A DNA stretch of 64,000 bases from NCBI GenBank assembly GCA_012521345.1, contig JAAYMN010000066.1, forward strand, positions 5,376 through 69,375, given 5' to 3'. This document shows, in pieces, positions 63,588-64,000 of this stretch. The DNA comes from Bacillota bacterium. GTDB lineage: Bacteria > Bacillota > Dethiobacteria > Dethiobacterales > Dethiobacteraceae. Positions within the stretch are counted from its first letter, which is position 1. Every line of letters begins with the position of its first letter. The position numbers and the translations under genes were made by a program. A model generated the notes under the pieces. The model saw nothing but the letters and a program-made list of their open reading frames with translations. It did not search any database and was not told where the DNA came from.

Positions 63588-64000
63588 CTAAACTCTCCAG
63601 TCTTCCTCAAGGCATTTCCCACAGGCATCACACTTTTTCCCGGCGTCATACTTGCAGGGAATAGGCCCGTTGTACCGCAGCTCCTTGGGACCCTCCGGCG
63701 TGTCGTAAATGCCGCTGAACATCGGCTCCATGAGTGCAGCCTGGAAAAAGATGGGCTTATCTACTCTTTTAAAGTTGAGCGGGCAATGATAAACACCGGC
63801 GGGAATGCGAATTATTGTCGGTTTGGTGATGTGAAACACTTCCGCATCTTCGCCAATTTTGCCAATCGTAAATTCAATGTCTGCATCAAAATCAAAAACA
63901 TCCGGGAAAGAGCCGCCCAAAAAAATAAGATATTCATCCTGGTTGTGGCGGTGAGGTATCCGGTCAAGGAAAAACGGCTTGACGAAAATCTGAAAACCGA
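63588..64000 (-). CDS. Cupin-domain protein with C-terminal Cys cluster; 5' end truncated by the window edge
   Basis: The frame stays open to position 64000 (...IPHRHNQDEYLIFFGGSFPDVFDF...). Cupin motifs are HRHNQDEYLIFFG and PAGVYHCPLNF. The tail is CKYDAGKKCDACGKC. Paralog of 30511..31407. Confidence 0.65.
   Translation of the reverse strand, partial: GFQIFVKPFFLDRIPHRHNQDEYLIFLGGSFPDVFDFDADIEFTIGKIGEDAEVFHITKPTIIRIPAGVYHCPLNFKRVDKPIFFQAALMEPMFSGIYDTPEGPKELRYNGPIPCKYDAGKKCDACGKCLEEDWRV

Noticed and set aside
1-64000. Window-wide look for rRNA, tRNA, CRISPR arrays, transposases, integrases, and toxin-antitoxin or restriction-type defence genes.
   Set aside because: No regularly spaced repeats, no cloverleaf-like or rRNA-like segments, and no ORF with recombinase, transposase or nuclease signatures were recognised. 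This was a by-eye search, so short elements could have been missed.

Overview
The window looks like a chromosomal segment of a spore-forming Firmicute of class Clostridia (Peptococcaceae/Desulfotomaculum-like gene order, mostly G+C-rich). All calls rest on reading the supplied ORF translations and the DNA by eye; no searches were run, and start codons are approximate.

- **1-10.2 kb, conserved core (minus strand):** nusB, an asp23/amaP/DUF2273 stress module, the complete spoIIIAA-AH operon, an acidic zinc-ribbon protein, efp, an M24 Xaa-Pro peptidase and aroK.
- **10.4-20.1 kb, Gram-positive type IV pilus locus:** four minor (pseudo)pilins, pilD, pilB, pilO, pilN, pilM, an embedded SigF/FliA-like sigma factor, pilC, and a divergently transcribed major pilin.
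- **20.3-27.3 kb, most unusual region:** it is visibly more AT-rich. It carries a co-directional locus of three or four secreted proteins with TasA/camelysin-like (SipW-cognate) N-termini. One of them ends in an LPXTG cell-wall sorting signal. The locus also has a SipW-type signal peptidase fused to a roughly 280-aa polytopic membrane domain, a bitopic DUF5305-like membrane protein, a small conserved orphan protein, and a SARP/BTAD regulator with a degenerate GGDEF-like C-terminus. An orphan TadG/TadE pair follows at 27.6-29.0 kb.
- **29-64 kb, accessory metabolism and transport:**
  - MFS transporter plus bicupin
  - MerR regulator
  - ECF sigma / anti-sigma / envelope-stress operon
  - yedE-yedF-DUF3343 selenium/sulfur module
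  - Rec-GGDEF response regulator
  - ArsB/NhaD-type permease and a CBS-ACT protein
  - livFGMHJ and metNIQ
  - several oxidoreductases and an M29 aminopeptidase
  - a double-LysM protein and an AIM24-family protein
  - an acyl-CoA synthetase
  - an Opp/Dpp-type ABC operon led by a second cupin paralog that is truncated by the window end

No rRNA, tRNA, CRISPR array, transposase or integrase was recognised.
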